From an uncultured delta proteobacterium (GTDB lineage: Bacteria > Desulfobacterota > Syntrophia > Syntrophales > UBA2185), in NCBI GenBank assembly GCA_963705275.1, contig OY970063.1, positions 1,026,515-1,090,514 of the forward strand: a stretch of 64,000 nucleotides of DNA, written 5' to 3'. Positions 60,138-64,000 of the stretch are shown piece by piece (the stretch's first letter is position 1; each line of letters begins with the position of its first letter). A model generated the notes under the pieces. It made no database searches, was not told where the DNA came from, and was given only the letters and a program-made list of their open reading frames with translations. A program made the translations under genes and the position numbers.

Positions 60138-60515
60138 CTACTTCTTCCCAACAGTCAAATTAACCGTCTTATATCCGTACATGCTGCACGTGGCCGTCAC
60201 CTCCAGCGTTTCACCCTCGGCAACCGGTATCTTGTATGTGTATGAAAAAGTGTCCATGTCAGGTTGATTCTCATAAGTGTTTTTCATCGCGTCGGCGCCG
60301 CTCTTCTTGATCTCGACATATTTTATGTAGTGATAACTGGGGAAAGAAGACGGGTGCGTGATCGTGACCGTCAGCATTTGCGTGCCTGCATCATATTCAA
60401 GCTTCATATCCTGAGGCGAATTGGCGAAAGACATCTGGGGATACAGACAGCAAAGGATCAATAAGATTAGAAATGCCTTCCATGTAAGAATCAAGGGTCT
60501 CGCTTGTCGCTTCAT
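60138..60515 (-). CDS. Exported protein, desulfoferrodoxin/superoxide-reductase-like beta domain (degenerate)
   Basis: Signal peptide; TVTITH...HYIKYVEI...ATCSMYG; AGGAGG RBS. Confidence 0.55.
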   Translation of the reverse strand: MKRQARPLILTWKAFLILLILCCLYPQMSFANSPQDMKLEYDAGTQMLTVTITHPSSFPSYHYIKYVEIKKSGADAMKNTYENQPDMDTFSYTYKIPVAEGETLEVTATCSMYGYKTVNLTVGKK

Positions 60516-60766
60516 CGTACACCTCCTTATTTTCAAGTATAGTGGTTAGGAACAGCACATACGCGATGGGTCGGCATAAAGTAGGCGTGTCGCATGCGGG
60601 AAAGCAATGAGTATTAAATGGAAGAGGAATAGGAGCTATTTCCTCCCAATTCACGACCATTTTATCCTCATTGTATATGATGGTAGTATGAACTAATCGT
60701 TTTATTGTCTCTAAGAATATCCGCAGCAGTGGCTCATCGGATGATGAGTTTTCATAGGAGGTCAAC

Positions 60767-63295
60767 ATGGCAACGGCACCGGCAAACTATTTCTTACCTC
60801 CCATGCCGGAGGGACTGGAAGGGCTCACGGAACTGGCCCTTAACCTCAGGTGGTCATGGAGCCATACGGCAGATCCGTTGTGGGAGTATATCGATCCTGC
60901 TATCTGGAATCTCACCGGCAATCCCTGGCTCATCCTGCAGACGGTCTCCCGCACCAGGCTTGAGGCGCTAAAGAGCGATGCGCGGTTTCACGAGCTGATG
61001 GAGAAATATGTCACGGCCCACCGGGAGTCTCTGCAAACAATCCGATGGTTTCAGCAGGCTTATCCCCTGTCACCGGTAACTGTAGCCTATTTCAGCATGG
61101 AGTACGGCCTTGGCGAAGCCCTTCCCATCTACTCCGGAGGACTTGGAATACTTGCCGGTGATTACCTTAAGACTGCGAGTGACCTCGGGGTAGCAGCCGT
61201 AGGAATAGGTCTCCTCTATCAGCAGGGTTATTTCCGCCAGACGCTGAATGCAGACGGCAGCCAGAGAGAAGTCTATCCTTACAACGACCCGACCCAGCTG
61301 CCCGTCGTGCCTGTCCGCGATCAGGAGGGGGAGTGGCTGCACGTGGAGGTTGAATTACCCGGACGTATGGTGCGTTTGCGCGTATGGGAAGCCACAGTCG
61401 GGCAGGCGAAGCTCTACCTCCTGGACAGTAATGACCTAACCAATAGCGCCGTTGACCGGGGCATTACAAGCGAACTTTACGCAGGCGGGCCGGAACTCCG
61501 TCTGCAGCAGGAGATCGCCCTCGGCATCGGCGGGTGGCGCGTCCTCTCTAAGCTCAGCATTCAACCTCAGATATGCCATCTCAATGAGGGACACGCGTCG
61601 CTCGCCATATTGGAGAGGGCGCGAAACTTCATGGCTGCCACAGGGCACACCTTCGACGTCGCCTTAACGGCGACGCGCAGCGCCAACGTCTTCACAACGC
61701 ACACACCTGTCGAAGCCGGTTTTGACAGATTTCCGCCGGACATGATAGACCGCTATCTCGCTGTTTACGCAAATGAACTTGGAATCGGCCTGGATGGCCT
61801 CTTTGCACTGGGCCGCAAGAACCCCACGGATAAGGAAGAACCCCTCAACATGGCATATCTCGCCATCAGAGGATCGGGAACCGTCAACGCCGTGAGCCGG
61901 TTGCATGGCGAGGTCAGCCGCGGCATCTTCCAGCCGCTATTCCCCCGCATCCCTCAGCATGAAGTCCCCGTCACTCACGTCACCAATGGAGTTCATGTGC
62001 CTTCCTGGGATTCTGCCGTAGCCGATACACTGTGGACTGATTTCTGCGGTGATGCGCGCTGGCAGGGAACGCTGGAATTGATTGAACAGAATCTGAAAGA
62101 GGTGCCGGAAGAGAACCTGTGGACCTTCCGGACAGAAAGTGTCAAGGAGTTGATCCGGTATGTGCGGGAAAGACTTTCGAGGCAGCTCGCCTCTGTCGGC
62201 GCCCCCGGCCGGGACATCCGGCAATGCAAAGAGCTTCTCGACCATAAGAGCCTCACCATCGGCTTCGCCCGGAGGTTCACAGGCTACAAGAGGCCGAATC
62301 TCCTCCTCCACGATCCCGAACGGCTTGTCCGTCTCCTTACGCATCCAGAGAGGCCCGTACAGCTGATAATCGCCGGTAAGGCCCATCCGCAGGATAATGA
62401 AGGCAAGGACATGATTCGGGCGTGGTCCCGGTTCATAAGGCGATCGGAGGTGCGGCCCCATGTGGTATTTCTCGCAGACTACGACATGACCCTGGCGCAG
62501 AAGCTGGTGCAGGGAGTGGACCTGTGGATCAATACGCCGCGCCGCCCGTGGGAAGCCTGCGGCACCAGCGGCATGAAGGTTCTCGTCAATGGAGGACTGA
62601 ATCTGTCTGAGATAGACGGATGGTGGGCCGAGGCCTATCGCCCTGAGGTGGGATGGGCTCTGGGCGACGGCCATGAACACGGAGATGACCCGAATTGGGA
62701 CGCATATGAAGCGGGAGAGTTATACCGTCTCCTTGAGTCGGAGATTGTTCCCTCCTTCTACAACAGAAACGAAAAAGGCATTCCGGTTGAGTGGGTGGCG
62801 CGCATGCGCGCAAGCATGTCAGAACTGACGCCGGCCTTCAGCTCCAACAGAATGGTAAGGGAATATGTGGAGCGCATTTACATGCCGGCGATTGAAGCCA
62901 CTGCAAAACGACAGGCAAATGATGGACAAATCGCAAAACAGATCAGCCAATGGCGAAAGTCGATGGAAATGCTCTGGCCGCAGTTGTCAATCCGCAATCT
63001 CACATTCGAAAAAACGGGCGCGGACTCGTATGCGTTCAGGGTGGATGTCGAGCTCGGCGCCTTGAATCCCGGCACAGTGGAGGTGCAGCTCTACGCCGAT
63101 CCCTTGTTGGACAGGCCCCATGAGGTTCAAACTATGACCCGCGCCGAAGCCGTCAGGGTTGCCATAAATACATATCGTTATGAAGCAAGCGTCAAGACCG
63201 ACCGGCCAGCCACAGACTTCACGCCCCGCGTGGTTCCCGTTCTCGGCGGCGCCATGGTGCCCCTCGAGGCGCCGCAGGTTCTGTGGTACAGATGA
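60767..63295 (+). CDS. glgP: Alpha-glucan (glycogen) phosphorylase
   Basis: YFSMEYG, YSGGLG.LAGD, HLNEGH, ARRF..YKR, EACGTSGMK (PLP Lys). Confidence 0.95.
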   Translation: MATAPANYFLPPMPEGLEGLTELALNLRWSWSHTADPLWEYIDPAIWNLTGNPWLILQTVSRTRLEALKSDARFHELMEKYVTAHRESLQTIRWFQQAYPLSPVTVAYFSMEYGLGEALPIYSGGLGILAGDYLKTASDLGVAAVGIGLLYQQGYFRQTLNADGSQREVYPYNDPTQLPVVPVRDQEGEWLHVEVELPGRMVRLRVWEATVGQAKLYLLDSNDLTNSAVDRGITSELYAGGPELRLQQEIALGIGGWRVLSKLSIQPQICHLNEGHASLAILERARNFMAATGHTFDVALTATRSANVFTTHTPVEAGFDRFPPDMIDRYLAVYANELGIGLDGLFALGRKNPTDKEEPLNMAYLAIRGSGTVNAVSRLHGEVSRGIFQPLFPRIPQHEVPVTHVTNGVHVPSWDSAVADTLWTDFCGDARWQGTLELIEQNLKEVPEENLWTFRTESVKELIRYVRERLSRQLASVGAPGRDIRQCKELLDHKSLTIGFARRFTGYKRPNLLLHDPERLVRLLTHPERPVQLIIAGKAHPQDNEGKDMIRAWSRFIRRSEVRPHVVFLADYDMTLAQKLVQGVDLWINTPRRPWEACGTSGMKVLVNGGLNLSEIDGWWAEAYRPEVGWALGDGHEHGDDPNWDAYEAGELYRLLESEIVPSFYNRNEKGIPVEWVARMRASMSELTPAFSSNRMVREYVERIYMPAIEATAKRQANDGQIAKQISQWRKSMEMLWPQLSIRNLTFEKTGADSYAFRVDVELGALNPGTVEVQLYADPLLDRPHEVQTMTRAEAVRVAINTYRYEASVKTDRPATDFTPRVVPVLGGAMVPLEAPQVLWYR

Positions 63296-63326
63296 TGCGC
63301 CGTTGAGAAACTCGCAGGAAACCAAG

Positions 63327-63806
63327 ATGGGAAAGAAAAGCGCAGGATTGCTTTTATACAGGTATCGCAACGGCGCCCTCGAGGTATTTCTCGTGCATCC
63401 GGGCGGACCGATATGGGCCAACAAAGATACGGGGTCGTGGTCAATTCCCAAAGGAGAGTTCGGCCCGGATGAGGACCCGCTCGCCGCCGCCAGGAGAGAA
63501 TTTGAAGAGGAAACGGGCTTTAAAGTGGAAGGCCGCTTCACGCCGCTAAAACCGGTCAGGCAACGGAACAAGAAACTCGTTTTCGCCTGGGCGGTTGAGG
63601 GCGACTGCGATGCTGCTCTTGCCAAGAGCAATACATTTCCCCTGGAATGGCCGCCGCATTCGGGCATCACACGCGAATTCCCGGAGATCGACCGTGCCGC
63701 ATGGTTTTCAATGGCAACGGCCAGAGAGAAAATCTTCGATGGCCAGATCGGACTTCTGGACGAGCTGGAAGAGATCCTCACAGGCGATTCACAAATGGTT
63801 CACTAA
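63327..63806 (+). CDS. NUDIX hydrolase
   Basis: VHPGGP, WSIPKGE...AARREFEEETG Nudix box, EWPP.SG...FPEIDR. Confidence 0.9.
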   Translation: MGKKSAGLLLYRYRNGALEVFLVHPGGPIWANKDTGSWSIPKGEFGPDEDPLAAARREFEEETGFKVEGRFTPLKPVRQRNKKLVFAWAVEGDCDAALAKSNTFPLEWPPHSGITREFPEIDRAAWFSMATAREKIFDGQIGLLDELEEILTGDSQMVH

Positions 63807-63880
63807 TGATCACTCCACGCCCGGAGCAAAGTCAAACAGTCATTGCTGGCGGACCCGCGACCTATATGCCTCAAGCATAA

Positions 63881-63960
63881 ACCCCCTTTGACAAAGGGGT
63901 CAATGGGGGATTTGTTTTTCCATACCAAGTCCCCCTTGATGCCCCTTAGCAAAAAAAGGC
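63881..63960. repeat. REP-like inverted pair of palindromic units
   Basis: CCCCCTTTGACAAAGGGGTCAATGGGGGATTT followed by a diverged inverted copy AAGTCCCCCTTGATGCCCCTTAGCAAAAAAAGG. Confidence 0.55.
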
Positions 63961-64000
63961 TGCGTGAGAAAACAATATTTTTATCTCTGCCGCGTTACGC

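Noticed and set aside
1-64000. tRNA, rRNA, prophage or anti-phage defence genes
   Set aside because: No T-loop/cloverleaf, rRNA or phage hallmark sequences recognised; the sirtuin is a canonical CobB-type enzyme, not a defence SIR2 domain.

Overview
A gene-dense bacterial chromosomal window of roughly 50% GC (estimated by eye). Gene content (NikR, NifU/NifS, iron-sulfur flavoprotein, Bpt, EndoQ, sigma54-type sites) suggests an anaerobic Desulfobacterota/Syntrophales-like organism; this is inference. I found no rRNA, tRNA, CRISPR array, integrase or intact transposase. From left to right the window holds: (1) a Bpt-type aminoacyl-protein transferase next to an M16C peptidase; (2) a HigBA toxin-antitoxin pair bracketed by a ~144-bp diverged direct repeat; (3) a metal/redox block with a His-rich HxH protein, nikR with two NikR-like boxes, a sirtuin, nitroreductases, flavoredoxin, Isf, a Cys-rich ORF, NosL, a Cys-rich exported protein and rubrerythrin-VIT1; (4) a TetR-RND efflux operon, an M16B protease, MFS-PfpI-mgtA, cytochrome c and fumC; (5) nifU-nifS-cysE, a glycogen-synthase-like GT-B enzyme, a REC-PilZ protein, MATE, a divergent truncated CysRS paralog and a hydrolase; (6) three tandem substrate-binding-protein copies in front of a PAS histidine kinase and regulator, with no transporter; (7) a PRT-hydrolase-EndoQ-PRT cluster, glgP and a NUDIX gene. 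Several genes carry single-base indels, mostly in short homopolymers, which probably reflect long-read errors. The strongest leads are the CysRS paralog with a rewired amino-acid/zinc pocket, a candidate GGA-loop sRNA at ~11.8 kb, the His-rich protein with NikR, the orphan SBP array feeding a kinase, and the PRT/EndoQ cluster.
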